Shown here in pieces: positions 39,646 through 50,574 of a DNA stretch of 64,000 bases. The notes under the pieces are model-generated. The model worked only from the letters and a program-made list of their open reading frames with translations. It ran no database searches and had not been told where the DNA came from. Numbering within the stretch: position 1 is the first letter of the stretch; every line of letters starts with the position of its first letter. The translations under genes and the position numbers were made by a program. The stretch is from an uncultured Gammaproteobacteria bacterium (lineage in GTDB: Bacteria; Pseudomonadota; Gammaproteobacteria; Steroidobacterales; Woeseiaceae), in NCBI GenBank assembly GCA_963701335.1, contig CAVOZR010000001.1, positions 1,259,620 through 1,323,619 on the forward strand, written 5' to 3'.

Positions 39646-40251
39646 CTAGCGTTTGGCGTCGATGATTCGCAGGAACTCCGATCGCGTTCTTGCGTCCTTG
39701 CGAAACGTGCCGACCATTTGACTGGTTACCATCGAGACGTCAGATTTGTGCACGCCTCGAGTCGTCATGCACTGATGCGCCGCTTCGATAACGACCGCGA
39801 CGCCCTTGGGCTGCAAGACATCCTGAATACAATTTGCGATCTGCGCCGTCATCTTTTCCTGCACCTGGAATCGCCGCGCAAAGGCCTCGACGACGCGCGC
39901 CAGTTTGCTGATACCGACAACCTTGTTACTGGGCAGATAACCAACATGCGCTTTGCCGATGATCGGCGCCATGTGGTGTTCACAATGCGATTCGAATTCG
40001 ATATCGCGCAGCACAATCATCTCGTCGTAGCCTTCAACCTCTTCGAATGTGCGTTTGAGATAGTCAACCGGGTTGCTCTTGTAGCCGCTGAACCAGTCCT
40101 CGTAGGCCCTGGCCACCCGCTTCGGCGTATCGAGGAGACCCTCGCGACGCGTATCCTCTCCGGCCCAGAGCAGTAGTGTTCGCACCGCCTCTTCGGCCTG
40201 CTTGCGGCTTGGTTTGCGCGGCTTCGCTTGCCTGTTCTTGCTGGTTGCCAA
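39646..40251 (-). CDS. folE: GTP cyclohydrolase I
   Basis: [21 protein letters not shown] and QCMTTRGV motifs are present. Confidence 0.93.
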   Translation of the reverse strand: MATSKNRQAKPRKPSRKQAEEAVRTLLLWAGEDTRREGLLDTPKRVARAYEDWFSGYKSNPVDYLKRTFEEVEGYDEMIVLRDIEFESHCEHHMAPIIGKAHVGYLPSNKVVGISKLARVVEAFARRFQVQEKMTAQIANCIQDVLQPKGVAVVIEAAHQCMTTRGVHKSDVSMVTSQMVGTFRKDARTRSEFLRIIDAKR

Positions 40252-40284
40252 TGCTGGTTCCTCGTCGATGAAGGTCGTCGTCGC

Positions 40285-40941
40285 CTACGCTGACTTCTTG
40301 TCGGGGCCGAGGCCGACCGGGCAACTCACGCCCGTTCCGCCGAGACCGCAATAGCCGCCAGGATTTTTCGCAAGGTATTGCTGATGGTAGTCTTCGGCGA
40401 AATAATAGGTATCGAGCGGCAGGACTTCGGTCGTAATCGTACCGAGTCCCGCCTTGCTCAACGCGTGCTGATAAGCGTCGAGCGAGCGGCGCGCTTCGGC
40501 TTGCTGGGCGTCATCCAGCGTGAAGATCGCTGAACGGTACTGCGTGCCAATGTCGTTGCCCTGCCGCATGCCCTGGGTCGGGTCGTGACTTTCCCAGAAT
40601 TTCGTCAATAATTCGGCGTAGCTGATTTCGGCAGGATCGAAAATCACACGCACGGCTTCCGTGTGTCCTGTGTTGCCGGAACAGACTTCCTGGTACGTGG
40701 GGTTCGGGGTGATGCCGCCGGCATAGCCGACCGATGTGACGAACACGCCGTCCAGTTGCCAAAAGGCGCGCTCGGCGCCCCAGAAACACCCCAGCGCGAA
40801 AACGGCCTCGCGCAGGTGCCCGGGAAACGGGCCGCGCAGCGGCGCGCCGTTGACGAAGTGGTGTTCCGGCACCGATATGGGCGTCTGACGGCCCGGTAAT
40901 GCCTCGTTCCTTGCCGGCAGGGTCAGTTTCTTCATCGTCAT
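40285..40941 (-). CDS. msrA: Peptide-methionine (S)-S-oxide reductase MsrA
   Basis: The GCFWGAE active site and [10 protein letters not shown] are present. Confidence 0.93.
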   Translation of the reverse strand: MTMKKLTLPARNEALPGRQTPISVPEHHFVNGAPLRGPFPGHLREAVFALGCFWGAERAFWQLDGVFVTSVGYAGGITPNPTYQEVCSGNTGHTEAVRVIFDPAEISYAELLTKFWESHDPTQGMRQGNDIGTQYRSAIFTLDDAQQAEARRSLDAYQHALSKAGLGTITTEVLPLDTYYFAEDYHQQYLAKNPGGYCGLGGTGVSCPVGLGPDKKSA

Positions 40942-40949
40942 AGGGTTCT

Positions 40950-42437
40950 TCAGGTTTCTGTTGCTTGACTCGACGATTCTTCCGCCGGTTCATTCTTTTG
41001 AGTCAGTTTGTCGAGGTCGGCCTGACGATAAAAGAACTTGTGCTCGAAGACGAGGTTATCAGATTCTATTGCCTGGCCATCGCTGATTTTTGGCCGAAAG
41101 ACTCGCTGGCGAATTTCGCGATGCACCATGCGCTGCATGTCGGTGAATTCGGCAGGGATAGCCTCGGTGCGGAGGTCCCTGACTCTGCCACGACTCGATA
41201 CCGTGTAATCGACTCGAATCGTACCGGTTAACAACTGCGCATCGGACATCGCCTTGTTGCCGCCATCGAAGGCGTACTTTGGGACAGGTTCTTCGACGAG
41301 CGCGACAGGTCGCCCCATGACTTCGTCGCGCATCGCCAGTCGTTCGTCGTCGCCCGACAACGAATCCCAGACTTCGGTATACAGACCGCGAGCCCGGTTC
41401 ATCGACTGTATGTAGACGTAGTGGTCTGCAAGTGCGAGTTTGGCCTGTGCGAGTTCGCGCCAATCGACGTCGGGCGATGATTCCGCAATTCTCATCGCGC
41501 GCTTGAAGTAGATTTCGCCTGTCGACACCATGCCGCGCTGCTGCAGTTCCGACTGACTCAGGTCGATGAAGTAGTAAGACTCGCCCAGCTTGCTCAGTGG
41601 CAGGATCAATTGCGGGTCTTCATTGCCAAGTTCTTGCTCCATGATGCGAATGATACGCCGATAGGTGGCGCGCTCATCGTTATAGTACCGGGCTGCATGT
41701 TGCCACCCGGCACGGCGCATCAGGGAAGGAATCAGCGCCAGTTCGTCACCGGCGAAGTGACGTACGTTCAGCGCATGCATGCGATCCAGCAGTTCGCGCG
41801 CGCCCTTGGCATCGCCGGTCATCAACGTTGCCTGGGCGAGTGCCTCGATAATCTCCACTTGCTGAATATTGTGTGGGCCCTCGTTGACATGCGTAATGTG
41901 TCGCGCCCGGCTGAAGGCTTCCTTGGCGAGATCCGGCCGTCCGTTTCCCAGCTGCGCGCTGCCGAGACCGGTCAGCGGGTTAACGAGTTTGTCGGTGAGC
42001 CGATCCTCCACCGTTTCGATGATTTCCACAGCCGATTCGAAGTTCTGAACAGCGGCGTCGTACTGGCCATTTCGGGTCTGTACCAGCGCAAGGTTGTTCA
42101 GCGCCTTCGACGCCTCGAGCGATTGCGGACCGTGAAGCCGGATGACCATTTCGACGATTCGTTTCGCCGACGCGTCCGCCTCGTCCATGGCGTCCTCGGC
42201 AACCAGGCGACGATAGCGGTCAAACTCTTCGGCAAGCTGCGTAGCCAGGTCCCGCTCATCGACCTCTGCCGCCTCGCCAACATCGGCCGTCTCGTCGTCG
42301 GCGACCGGCACGACCTGGTCCAGCGGTCCCGCCTCTTCGCCGTCGCTGTCGCCCTGCTGGGCGGCAGCATCGGAGATCGCGGCAATGGCGAAGGCGAACA
42401 GGAGAAATTTGAAAAGTCTGGTCATACGATCTGACAA
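40950..42437 (-). CDS. Secreted TPR-repeat protein with TonB-C-terminal-like domain
   Basis: It has a signal peptide, TPR-like repeats ([28 protein letters not shown]) and a C-terminal segment ([18 protein letters not shown]...) resembling the TonB_C fold. Confidence 0.5.
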   Translation of the reverse strand: MSDRMTRLFKFLLFAFAIAAISDAAAQQGDSDGEEAGPLDQVVPVADDETADVGEAAEVDERDLATQLAEEFDRYRRLVAEDAMDEADASAKRIVEMVIRLHGPQSLEASKALNNLALVQTRNGQYDAAVQNFESAVEIIETVEDRLTDKLVNPLTGLGSAQLGNGRPDLAKEAFSRARHITHVNEGPHNIQQVEIIEALAQATLMTGDAKGARELLDRMHALNVRHFAGDELALIPSLMRRAGWQHAARYYNDERATYRRIIRIMEQELGNEDPQLILPLSKLGESYYFIDLSQSELQQRGMVSTGEIYFKRAMRIAESSPDVDWRELAQAKLALADHYVYIQSMNRARGLYTEVWDSLSGDDERLAMRDEVMGRPVALVEEPVPKYAFDGGNKAMSDAQLLTGTIRVDYTVSSRGRVRDLRTEAIPAEFTDMQRMVHREIRQRVFRPKISDGQAIESDNLVFEHKFFYRQADLDKLTQKNEPAEESSSQATET

Positions 42438-42575
42438 AGTTGGCCCTTGCGTGGTGTGGCGATCTCCGGTCTGATTGAGACCCGATCGCGGGAGAATAGT
42501 TCGCGTTGCCCGGCGCTCTGCAGGCGAAGCAACTATACCGCCTGTAAACCGATGGCGGTAGCCGCCAGGACCCGC

Positions 42576-43643
42576 CTACAAGGACAGATCCAGCTGTTGC
42601 GGACCAGGCGGACGGAAGCGGCTGCAATCAAGCGGCTGCAGGCGCGCATGCGTATCAAGGCCGAAGCGTCGACAGGCAGCCGTGAAGCGACTCTTCAGCA
42701 TATCCGCATAGGGCCCACGCCCGGTCTGTCTTATGCCGAATCGGCTGTCGTAGTCACGGTCGCCACTGGCCTGTCGGACGAGGCTGATGACGCGCGCGGC
42801 GCGGTCCGGGAAATGCGTGGTCAACCAGTCCGTAAAAAGCGTCTTCAGCTCATGCGGCAGGCGCAGGAAAATATAACTCGCGTCGCAGGCACCCGCCGAG
42901 GCGACCGATTGCAGGATTTGCTCGATCTCGTGGTCGTTAATCGCCGGGATGATGGGCGCGAGCAGTGCGCTGGTCGGTACGCCGGCCTCCGCGAGCGCAT
43001 TGATCGATTTCAGTCGTGATGCGGCGGAGGGCACGCGCGGTTCCATGATGCGTTTCAAGACGGGATTCAGGGTCGGGAAGCTGATCGCCACGGAACAGAG
43101 ACGTGCCTCCGCGAGTTCGGCAAGCAGGTCGATATCGCGGGACACGAGGGCGCCCTTGGTGATGATGGTCACGGGGTGCCTGTGTTCGAGGAACGTGGCG
43201 AGCAGCTCACGGGTCAGGGCGAGCTGCCGCTCGGCCGGCTGGTAGGGATCGGTGTTGGCGCCGAGGGTAATCGGCTTGCACTCGTAGCCCGGCTTCTCCC
43301 AGGCTTGCAGCAGCCGCGCAACCGCGTTTGGCTTGTAGAAAATCTGCGTTTCAAAATCGAGTCCCGGCGACAGGTCGAGGTAGCTGTGGCTCGGGCGGGC
43401 ATAGCAATAAATGCAGCCGTGTTCGCAGCCTACATAGGGGTTGATTGAGCGATCGAAAGGCACGTCGGGAGAGTTGTTGCTGCTGATGATGCGCCCGGCC
43501 GGCATCGCGCGTAGCACGGTTTGAGGAGTCCGTGCCGCTCGCGTGTGGGCCTCTTCGTCGTCCAGATCGACAGGCCGCGCGTTGAATCGCCCGTCCGGCG
43601 AGGAGACCGCGCCGCGGCCCTTGTGCGCCTGATTGAATGGCAT
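42576..43643 (-). CDS. Radical SAM protein (PA0069-like family)
   Basis: The CEHGCIYC (CxxxCxxC) cluster motif lies about 65 aa from the N-terminus. Confidence 0.8.
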   Translation of the reverse strand: MPFNQAHKGRGAVSSPDGRFNARPVDLDDEEAHTRAARTPQTVLRAMPAGRIISSNNSPDVPFDRSINPYVGCEHGCIYCYARPSHSYLDLSPGLDFETQIFYKPNAVARLLQAWEKPGYECKPITLGANTDPYQPAERQLALTRELLATFLEHRHPVTIITKGALVSRDIDLLAELAEARLCSVAISFPTLNPVLKRIMEPRVPSAASRLKSINALAEAGVPTSALLAPIIPAINDHEIEQILQSVASAGACDASYIFLRLPHELKTLFTDWLTTHFPDRAARVISLVRQASGDRDYDSRFGIRQTGRGPYADMLKSRFTAACRRFGLDTHARLQPLDCSRFRPPGPQQLDLSL

Positions 43644-43706
43644 GGAGTTACCCGATACTGTATTAATATACAGTACTTGTCACCCGGCAGCCGGTCAAGC
43701 CGCATT

Positions 43707-44063
43707 TCAGTTCAACACGCGATAGCCGCGGCCACGCAGGCAGCGCTTGAAGACCTTCTGCTTCTCGCGATCGGCGTCGAGACCCGATCGGGTTCCGCCA
43801 TACAGCACGCCAGTGGCGGCGCCGCGACCGACGTCGCCGTCAATCGCACCGCCAAGCGCGCCGACAACGGCTCCGGTGGCGCTGCCTTTGGCAACGCCCT
43901 GACTAATCAGGATCTCTTCGGTGTAGGCCTCGCATTCGTCCCAGTCTTTGGCGAGTGCCTGCGGATCGACCCCCTGCTTGTCGATGATGGGATCCGGGTG
44001 GGCGGCGCAGCCACCGAAATAAGCAACGGCGGCGGCCAGCAGCAATGATCTTGTCCTTTTCAT
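43707..44063 (-). CDS. Glycine-zipper outer-membrane lipoprotein
   Basis: There is a lipobox (YFGGCA) and a G-rich zipper (GSATGAVVGALGGAIDG). The start was set at MKRTRS. Confidence 0.6.
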   Translation of the reverse strand: MKRTRSLLLAAAVAYFGGCAAHPDPIIDKQGVDPQALAKDWDECEAYTEEILISQGVAKGSATGAVVGALGGAIDGDVGRGAATGVLYGGTRSGLDADREKQKVFKRCLRGRGYRVLN

Positions 44064-44179
44064 CGACGTCTCTCTGGTGACAACAGACCTGGTGGTTGAT
44101 GGCTGAGCATGCTCCGTTCCGTTTGCCGTGCGCAGCATGGCATCATGCCAGTAACGCGGCGGGCCCGGGATCGGTTGAC

Positions 44180-45094
44180 ATGGTTGGAACTTCGCACGAC
44201 TCGACAGTACGGGCAATCCTGTATGCTTTTCTTGCGAATCTGGGAATCGCGCTCGCGAAAAGCTGGGCGGCAGCGGTCACCGGCTCCGGCAGCATGCTCG
44301 CCGAGGCGATTCACTCCTATGCCGACACCGGAAACCAGGTCCTCCTCTACCTGGGCCTGAAGCAATCGCAGCGTCCCCCGGATGAGGAACACCCCCTCGG
44401 CTATGGGAAACTCAGTTATTTCTGGAGTTTCATCGTGGCCATCCTGCTCTTCAGCCTGGGCGGGATGTTTTCAATCTACGAGGGATATCACAAGCTCACG
44501 CATCCGGAGCCCCTGTCGCAGATCTGGATTGCCATCGTCGTACTCGTACTGGCCATCATGCTGGAAGCCGCTTCCTTGTTCGGTGCACTGCGGGAAATCA
44601 AGAAGGTCCGTGCGGGACGCCCTTTCCGCGAATGGCTCCGTCACACCCGCAACTCCGAGCTCGTCGTCGTCCTCGGCGAGGACATCGGCGCGCAGCTCGG
44701 TCTCATCCTGGCGCTCGCCTTCCTGGTTCTGGCGCACTTCACCGGCAACCCGGTGTTCGATGCCATCGGATCCATTTGTATCGGCGCCGTCTTGCTGGTC
44801 ATTTCGGTTTTCGTTGCCTGGCGCGTCAAGTCGCTGCTGGTCGGACGCTCTGCGGACCCGGAGATCCAGCAGGCGATCGACGAGATCATCGGCGCGCAGC
44901 AGGGCATCGAGTGCGCGCTCAACGTCATCACAATTCAGTTTGGTCCCGATACCATGGTTGCCGCCAAGATCAAGCTGGACCCGACGATGACGGTCAGCAC
45001 TGCCGTGCATAGCATCAACGCGCTGGAGCGCGAGCTGAAGGCGCGTATCCCGAAACTCAAATGGTGCTTTATCGAGCCCGACCTCGAAGACTAG
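44180..45094 (+). CDS. Cation diffusion facilitator (CDF) family metal efflux transporter
   Basis: It has 6 TM segments, the motif AEAIHSYADTGNQ and a C-terminal cytoplasmic domain. Confidence 0.8.
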   Translation: MVGTSHDSTVRAILYAFLANLGIALAKSWAAAVTGSGSMLAEAIHSYADTGNQVLLYLGLKQSQRPPDEEHPLGYGKLSYFWSFIVAILLFSLGGMFSIYEGYHKLTHPEPLSQIWIAIVVLVLAIMLEAASLFGALREIKKVRAGRPFREWLRHTRNSELVVVLGEDIGAQLGLILALAFLVLAHFTGNPVFDAIGSICIGAVLLVISVFVAWRVKSLLVGRSADPEIQQAIDEIIGAQQGIECALNVITIQFGPDTMVAAKIKLDPTMTVSTAVHSINALERELKARIPKLKWCFIEPDLED

Positions 45095-45128
45095 CCCGGA
45101 TATTTCGCCAACAGCCAGGACAACCGGG

Positions 45129-45998
45129 TTAGTCCGCCGATGCCTGGTACAAGTGCACGTCTTGCTGCGGGAACGGGAACGATATGCCTTCCTTGTCGAA
45201 GCGTTTCTTGATGGCTTCGGTCAGATCGAACATGACGCCCCAGTAGTCCGGCGTCTTGACCCAGGGCCGCACGACGAAGTTGACGCTGCTGTCCGCAAGG
45301 GCCGAAACTGCGATTGTGCATGCGGGCTCAGCGAGTATCCGCTGGTCGGCGGCAACCAGCTCCTGGATGGTGCTTCGCACCTTGTCGAGATCATCGCTGT
45401 AGCTGACGCCAACCACCATGTCTACCCGTCTCGTGTCGTTCGCCGAGTAGTTGGTGATCACGCTGTCCATGATCTGGCTGTTGGGTACGATGACCTGCTT
45501 GTTGTCGCCGGTCTTCAGTATGGTCGTCAGAATCTGGACCTGCTCGACGCTGCCGCTGATACCGGCGCCTTCGATGAAATCGCCGACCTTGTAGGGCCGA
45601 AACAGGACGATCAGGACGCCCGACGCGAAGTTCGACAATGAACCCTGCAGGGCGAGACCGATGGCAAGACCCGCCGCGCCGAATATCGCAATGAAAGACG
45701 TGGTCTGCACACCCAGCGCGCCGATTGCGGCGATGATAACGACGATCAGCAACACGGTTCGCACGAGGTTGCAGACGAATGTTTCGAGTGTCTTGTCGAC
45801 ATTGTGCCGTTGCAGGGCCTTATGAAGGCCTCGCACGACAATGCTGATGATCAAGCGACCGACATAGAAAATGACGAGCGCAATAATCAGGTTCTTGCCC
45901 AGCGAGACGATGGTGCTTGAATCGATGCCGTTGTTCTTCAGGAAGTCGAGCGCACCGTCCAGGCTGAGTCCGTTTGCGGCTGTGGCGTCTTCATTCAT
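45129..45998 (-). CDS. Small-conductance mechanosensitive channel (MscS family)
   Basis: It has 3 TM segments, then LFRPYKVGDFIE...G.V..I.I..T and a beta-domain. Confidence 0.85.
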   Translation of the reverse strand: MNEDATAANGLSLDGALDFLKNNGIDSSTIVSLGKNLIIALVIFYVGRLIISIVVRGLHKALQRHNVDKTLETFVCNLVRTVLLIVVIIAAIGALGVQTTSFIAIFGAAGLAIGLALQGSLSNFASGVLIVLFRPYKVGDFIEGAGISGSVEQVQILTTILKTGDNKQVIVPNSQIMDSVITNYSANDTRRVDMVVGVSYSDDLDKVRSTIQELVAADQRILAEPACTIAVSALADSSVNFVVRPWVKTPDYWGVMFDLTEAIKKRFDKEGISFPFPQQDVHLYQASAD

Positions 45999-46016
45999 GA
46001 GGTCTGTCCTTGTGGT

Positions 46017-47135
46017 TTATTGTCCGGGAACACCTTCGTGGCCCGGCTTGAAGCGGAAAATCCGGTAGGGTCCTGACGCCTTGATGTGTTCGCGTGGTTT
46101 TAGAATCAAATCTGGCAGTGCGCTGTCGGCTACGTAAAGATAACCGTCGGGCCCGAACGACAGCGCGTCAGGCCAGCGCAATTCGGGTGACTGCAGGAGT
46201 GTCGTCAAGACCTGCCCCGGGTTCACGACGAAGATGGCGCCATGCTCGATGTCGGTAACGTAGACATTGCCTTCGACATCGATGCTGAGACCGTCGCTGA
46301 GCGGCTTGTCCGAGACCCGCTCGACACGGCCGGCTAGTTGCCCTGGCGGCAAGCTGAAGTCGCGCAGGTCATCGAGTCTTATGCGATACAAACCGGAGCC
46401 GGTCAGGGATCCGTAGTACAGCCATTCCGGTCCAAGAGCGATGCCATCTACGCCACCCCGCATGGCGACGATTCCGCCGAGGAATTTCATCTCGCGAGTC
46501 GCGGTACGGATCAGGTAGGGCTCAGCCGAGACGCTCTCGTCGGATTCGAGAACGCGGCGTGCCTGGCCCGTTTCTATGTCATAGACGATCAATGCGGGCT
46601 TCTTTCGCCAGACACTGGTATCCGCGATAACCGCCGTCTTTCCATCCGCGCTGACCTGCAGGTCCTGCAGGAACGAGCCCATCGGCGCCAGCGACTTGTC
46701 GAAAGACTGGTCGCGAAGGATCTCAGCCGTTTTCAGATCGATCGCCACGATACGCGCCGCTCGCAGGCCGTGGTTGCCGTGGTCGATCGTCCAAAGGCGG
46801 TCGAATCGGTCGATTGAGAGGCCAAGCACGCTGTCGAACAGCTGTGCCTGCGCCGCGCCGGAAGGATAGGGTACCGCCGCGCCGGCAACGAATTCGAGCA
46901 GCTTGTTGCCCCGCGGCCTCGACTCGGGATGCACCGTAAAGAACACCCTGCCTTCGCGACTGACGGCGACATTGCCGACGGGTTCTGCATAGGCCAGCAC
47001 CTCTTCCAGCGACGACGCGGCGAGCATGGGATTTCTTGTCAGGTCAGGATACGGTTCGCCGCCACCGTAACGCACCCATAGCAGCGTCGTGGCGACGAGC
47101 AACAAGAGCAGAATGGACAGCAGAAGATTCTTCAT
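46017..47135 (-). CDS. Major-royal-jelly/yellow-family-like beta-propeller protein, membrane anchored
   Basis: IDRFDRLWTIDHGNHG and LYYGSLTGSGLYRI resemble MRJP/yellow family signatures. Confidence 0.5.
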   Translation of the reverse strand: MKNLLLSILLLLLVATTLLWVRYGGGEPYPDLTRNPMLAASSLEEVLAYAEPVGNVAVSREGRVFFTVHPESRPRGNKLLEFVAGAAVPYPSGAAQAQLFDSVLGLSIDRFDRLWTIDHGNHGLRAARIVAIDLKTAEILRDQSFDKSLAPMGSFLQDLQVSADGKTAVIADTSVWRKKPALIVYDIETGQARRVLESDESVSAEPYLIRTATREMKFLGGIVAMRGGVDGIALGPEWLYYGSLTGSGLYRIRLDDLRDFSLPPGQLAGRVERVSDKPLSDGLSIDVEGNVYVTDIEHGAIFVVNPGQVLTTLLQSPELRWPDALSFGPDGYLYVADSALPDLILKPREHIKASGPYRIFRFKPGHEGVPGQ

Positions 47136-47199
47136 TATTTGTTGGTTGTGATGCTGCAGTATTCCCCGGCGGCGAATATTACATGTTTGAGCGCCGAAG

Positions 47200-48078
47200 T
47201 CAGGTTCGCAGGGCGACGAGCCAGCCTGTTACGACAATCAGCAGCGCAAGGCCGCCGGCCACGGTCTGGGAACGGCGATCGTCGGGCAGGGGACCAAGCA
47301 CGATCAACAGCATGCCGAAGAGAAAACCGCAAAGGAAACCAAGCAGGTGTGCGCCGATATCCGTATTCGGTCCGCCGGTACCGGTATACATCAGCAATGC
47401 CAGGCCGCCGACAATCGGACCGAAACGATACGACCATCGATCCTGTGCCATGAACTTGCCACGCCAGACGAAACCGGCAACCAGTCCCAGTGCGGCGAAT
47501 ACCGCGGTCGATGCACCGATCGAGCGGTGCGTGGATTCGAGGAGTAGCGTGTTGGCAGCATTGCCGCTTGCCGCTGCCGCGACGATGGCCAGCCATGCGA
47601 CGCCGGACCCCATCAGGCGACCTGCGAACAGCCCGAAGAGCACGCCGAAAACAAGGTTGCCGACCAGGTGCTTCGCTCCGGAGTGCAGTGTCAGAGCGGT
47701 TATCGTGCGCCACCATTCGCCGCCACGAATCAGCGCGCCGTCGATCCGGCCCGCGGCGAACCAGTCGTAGCCGAACGCGGAGTAGCCGGCCAGCCAGGCC
47801 ACGACGCTGATTACCAGTACATAGCCCACGATCCCGGGCATGGCGTCCTGATAGCGGATCTTCTTCGCCGGTACCGGGCGCGAGGGCGGGTTCTCTTCAT
47901 CGTACAGCCGCAGTTCCTCGACGGCCTTGACCGAATGCTCGGCAGGAACAACGAGTGCCGCGCTGAATCCGTCATCGACCATTTGATGGGGAATGCGGGC
48001 AGCGGCCAGCACCAGCGACCGATCGGTACAGCTTTGCCGGTTGCGGCTCTCGAATACGACGCGCAGGTCTTCTTGCAT
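47200..48078 (-). CDS. Rhomboid-family intramembrane serine protease
   Basis: An N-terminal soluble domain is followed by a 6-TM core with WRTITALTLHSGAKHLVGN (H..N) and GASTAVFAALG (GxSxxxF). Confidence 0.8.
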   Translation of the reverse strand: MQEDLRVVFESRNRQSCTDRSLVLAAARIPHQMVDDGFSAALVVPAEHSVKAVEELRLYDEENPPSRPVPAKKIRYQDAMPGIVGYVLVISVVAWLAGYSAFGYDWFAAGRIDGALIRGGEWWRTITALTLHSGAKHLVGNLVFGVLFGLFAGRLMGSGVAWLAIVAAAASGNAANTLLLESTHRSIGASTAVFAALGLVAGFVWRGKFMAQDRWSYRFGPIVGGLALLMYTGTGGPNTDIGAHLLGFLCGFLFGMLLIVLGPLPDDRRSQTVAGGLALLIVVTGWLVALRT

Positions 48079-48346
48079 GGCCTCGGAGATCGATCCTGTT
48101 GGCTTGGAAAAGACTGATATTTCAATGAGTTATTATCGTTGCGAACGCTTCAGCCACGGTTCATGAAAGGCATTCAACAATACATTGCATCTGATCTTGT
48201 CACTAAATTCGATGGTTTCAATGACGTTCTGGAAAAAAGTCTACTTCGGTCTCGCTATCGTCAGCGCGGTTTTTCTGGCCGTTTCGCTGTTCTGAGACAC
48301 CTTTGAGTTTGCGGTAAGCTAGGGCTCTGGTTTATCGAGAGTGCCT

Positions 48347-48898
48347 ATGCGATTCGCGTTTTTCCTTGTTTTGGTCACAGCTGTCCTGGTGCAGGGACCG
48401 GCGGTTGCCGAGGTCACCGATGCCGAGTCGGGCGGCTTTACGACGGTTAATCAGGCGATCGTCCGTGCGCCGCGAGCCCTCGTATGGCAGGCTGCCGTCG
48501 ACGAGGTCGGGCAGTGGTGGAGTTCCGCCCATACGATCTCCGGGCAGGCAAGCCGAATGACGATCGATGCCAGGCCGCAGGGCTGCTTCTGCGAAACGCT
48601 GGGTGACGATGCGGGCATTGTGCACATGACGGTGACGATGCTGAATCCGACCGTCGTGTTGCGCCTGACTGGCGCGCTTGGGCCCCTCGGGCTCATGGGA
48701 GTCGACGGCAACATGACCTGGGAGTTTTCCGACGTTGCCGATGGCACGGAGGTCAGGTTTACCTACGCCGTGGGCGGCTATCGGCCGGGCGGCCTGGATA
48801 GCATCGCGAGTCCCGTGGACGGCGTCATCGGCGAAGCACTGCAGCGCCTGAAATCCTATGCGGAAACAGGGGAAGCGGAGCCTTCCGATCTTGACTGA
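48347..48898 (+). CDS. Secreted SRPBCC (AHSA1/START-like) domain protein
   Basis: A signal peptide is followed by VRAPRALVWQAAVDEVGQWW, typical of Aha1/BPI-like SRPBCC proteins. Confidence 0.55.
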   Translation: MRFAFFLVLVTAVLVQGPAVAEVTDAESGGFTTVNQAIVRAPRALVWQAAVDEVGQWWSSAHTISGQASRMTIDARPQGCFCETLGDDAGIVHMTVTMLNPTVVLRLTGALGPLGLMGVDGNMTWEFSDVADGTEVRFTYAVGGYRPGGLDSIASPVDGVIGEALQRLKSYAETGEAEPSDLD

Positions 48899-48899
48899 C

Positions 48900-49661
48900 A
48901 TGCCGATGGCGCGACCGTCGTCGACGGTAATCCTTGTGCGGGCTGGTGCGTCCGTGCCGGAAGTCTTCATGGTAAGACGCCACGAAGACAGCTCCTTTGG
49001 CGCCGCTTATGCATTCCCCGGCGGTGTCGTCGAGATTGACGATACGGCGGTCCACGAATATTGCTGCGGCGTGAGCGAGAGGCAGGCTGATTCGCGGCTC
49101 GGCGTAAAAAAGGACGGACTGGACCTCTACAGTGCCGCAATCCGCGAGCTGTTCGAGGAATCGGGGGTGCTGCTGGCGGGCGGCGACGATCTCGACGAAG
49201 ACCTTTGCGACGTGCGCGACGCGCTCAATGCCGGATCGGAGCGCTGGGCAGATTTCGTGGCCCGAAACAGGCTCGAGCTGTATTGCGATCAGCTGCATTA
49301 TTTCAGCCACTGGATCACGCCTGTCACGGAGCCGAAACGATATTCGACACGCTTTTTCCTGGCGGAGCTTCCGCCGGGCCAGGAAGCCGCGCATTGCGGC
49401 GGCGAACTCACCGATTCGCGCTGGATCAGTGCGCATGACATGCTGGAAGCGGGCAGGCAGCGCGCCGTCAAGCTGCATTTCCCGACGGTGAAGACGCTCG
49501 AGAGCATTGCGAGATACAGGACGCTCGAGGAACTCGTCGACTGGGCCAGATCCTCGGTCGAGTGGGGTGTAACCAGCATGCTTCCCGCGATCATCATGCG
49601 CGACGGCAAGCCGGAGATCGTGCTGCCCGGCGACAAAGATTATCCGGGCGCGAAATCTTGA
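48900..49661 (+). CDS. NUDIX hydrolase
   Basis: The Nudix box is GGVVEIDD...AAIRELFEESGV. The ATG lies 1 nt after the upstream stop. Confidence 0.75.
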   Translation: MPMARPSSTVILVRAGASVPEVFMVRRHEDSSFGAAYAFPGGVVEIDDTAVHEYCCGVSERQADSRLGVKKDGLDLYSAAIRELFEESGVLLAGGDDLDEDLCDVRDALNAGSERWADFVARNRLELYCDQLHYFSHWITPVTEPKRYSTRFFLAELPPGQEAAHCGGELTDSRWISAHDMLEAGRQRAVKLHFPTVKTLESIARYRTLEELVDWARSSVEWGVTSMLPAIIMRDGKPEIVLPGDKDYPGAKS

Positions 49662-49678
49662 GCGGATTTGGTCCCGAA

Positions 49679-50494
49679 ATGCCGCGGCAACGCGAGCTCG
49701 CCCCCGGTATCCGCCGGCTGCTCGCGCCGAATCCGTCAATCATGACGGGGCCGGGCACCAATACCTACTTGTTCGGCAACGACGCGGTCGCCGTGCTCGA
49801 TCCGGGACCGGTCAGCAAGCCCCATCTGGAGGCGATCAAAGAATATGCCGATGCGCCGATACGCTGGATACTCGTCACGCATACGCATCCCGATCATTCG
49901 CCGGGCGCAAGCCTGCTGGCGAAAGCGACGGGCGCAGAACTGCTGGGCATGCCGGCGCCGGACGGAGCGCACCAGGATCCCACGTTCAGGGCGGATCGGG
50001 TCTTGCGCGACGGCGACCGGCTCGCGACCGACGAATTCGTCATCGAAGCGGTGCACACGCCCGGCCACGCGTCGAACCACTTGTGCTATCGACATACCGG
50101 AGAAAACTGGCTGTTCACCGGCGATCACGTCATCGACGGATCGACCGTCGTCATCGATCCACCCGACGGCAACATGAAGCATTACCTGCAATCCCTGCAG
50201 CGCGTCAGGGATCTCGGCTGCCATGCGCTTCTGCCCGGTCACGGCGAGCTGATTCGTGATCCGGAGCGCCTCGTCGACTGGATCATCGAGCATCGGCTGC
50301 AACGAGAAGCGAAAGTGACCGCCGCACTGGCCGCGAACCCGAATCTCACGGCGAGAGAACTGGTCCCGCACGTCTACAAGGATGTCGACAGGAAGCTCTA
50401 CGGCTGGGCGGAGCGTTCGCTGCTCGCGCATCTCAGGAAGCTCGAAGAGGATGGCGCTGCAAAGTGCGCGGCCGAGCGGTGGGTGCGGGCCTGA
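49679..50494 (+). CDS. MBL-fold metallo-hydrolase
   Basis: THTHPDHSPG (HxHxDH) is present, with downstream HTPGH and PGHG ligand motifs. Confidence 0.8.
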   Translation: MPRQRELAPGIRRLLAPNPSIMTGPGTNTYLFGNDAVAVLDPGPVSKPHLEAIKEYADAPIRWILVTHTHPDHSPGASLLAKATGAELLGMPAPDGAHQDPTFRADRVLRDGDRLATDEFVIEAVHTPGHASNHLCYRHTGENWLFTGDHVIDGSTVVIDPPDGNMKHYLQSLQRVRDLGCHALLPGHGELIRDPERLVDWIIEHRLQREAKVTAALAANPNLTARELVPHVYKDVDRKLYGWAERSLLAHLRKLEEDGAAKCAAERWVRA

Positions 50495-50574
50495 GCGTGC
50501 CCCTCAGGCTTCTGCTGACGTGCGGCCGCAGTCTAGGAAGCGGAATCGGCGCGACTGGCGCCGGCACATCGTGC

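Noticed and set aside
48124-48136. 12-mer CAATGAGTTATT shared with 63265-63276 as a dispersed repeat
   Set aside because: A single shared 12-mer in 64 kb (both strands) is within chance expectation, and the flanks do not match.
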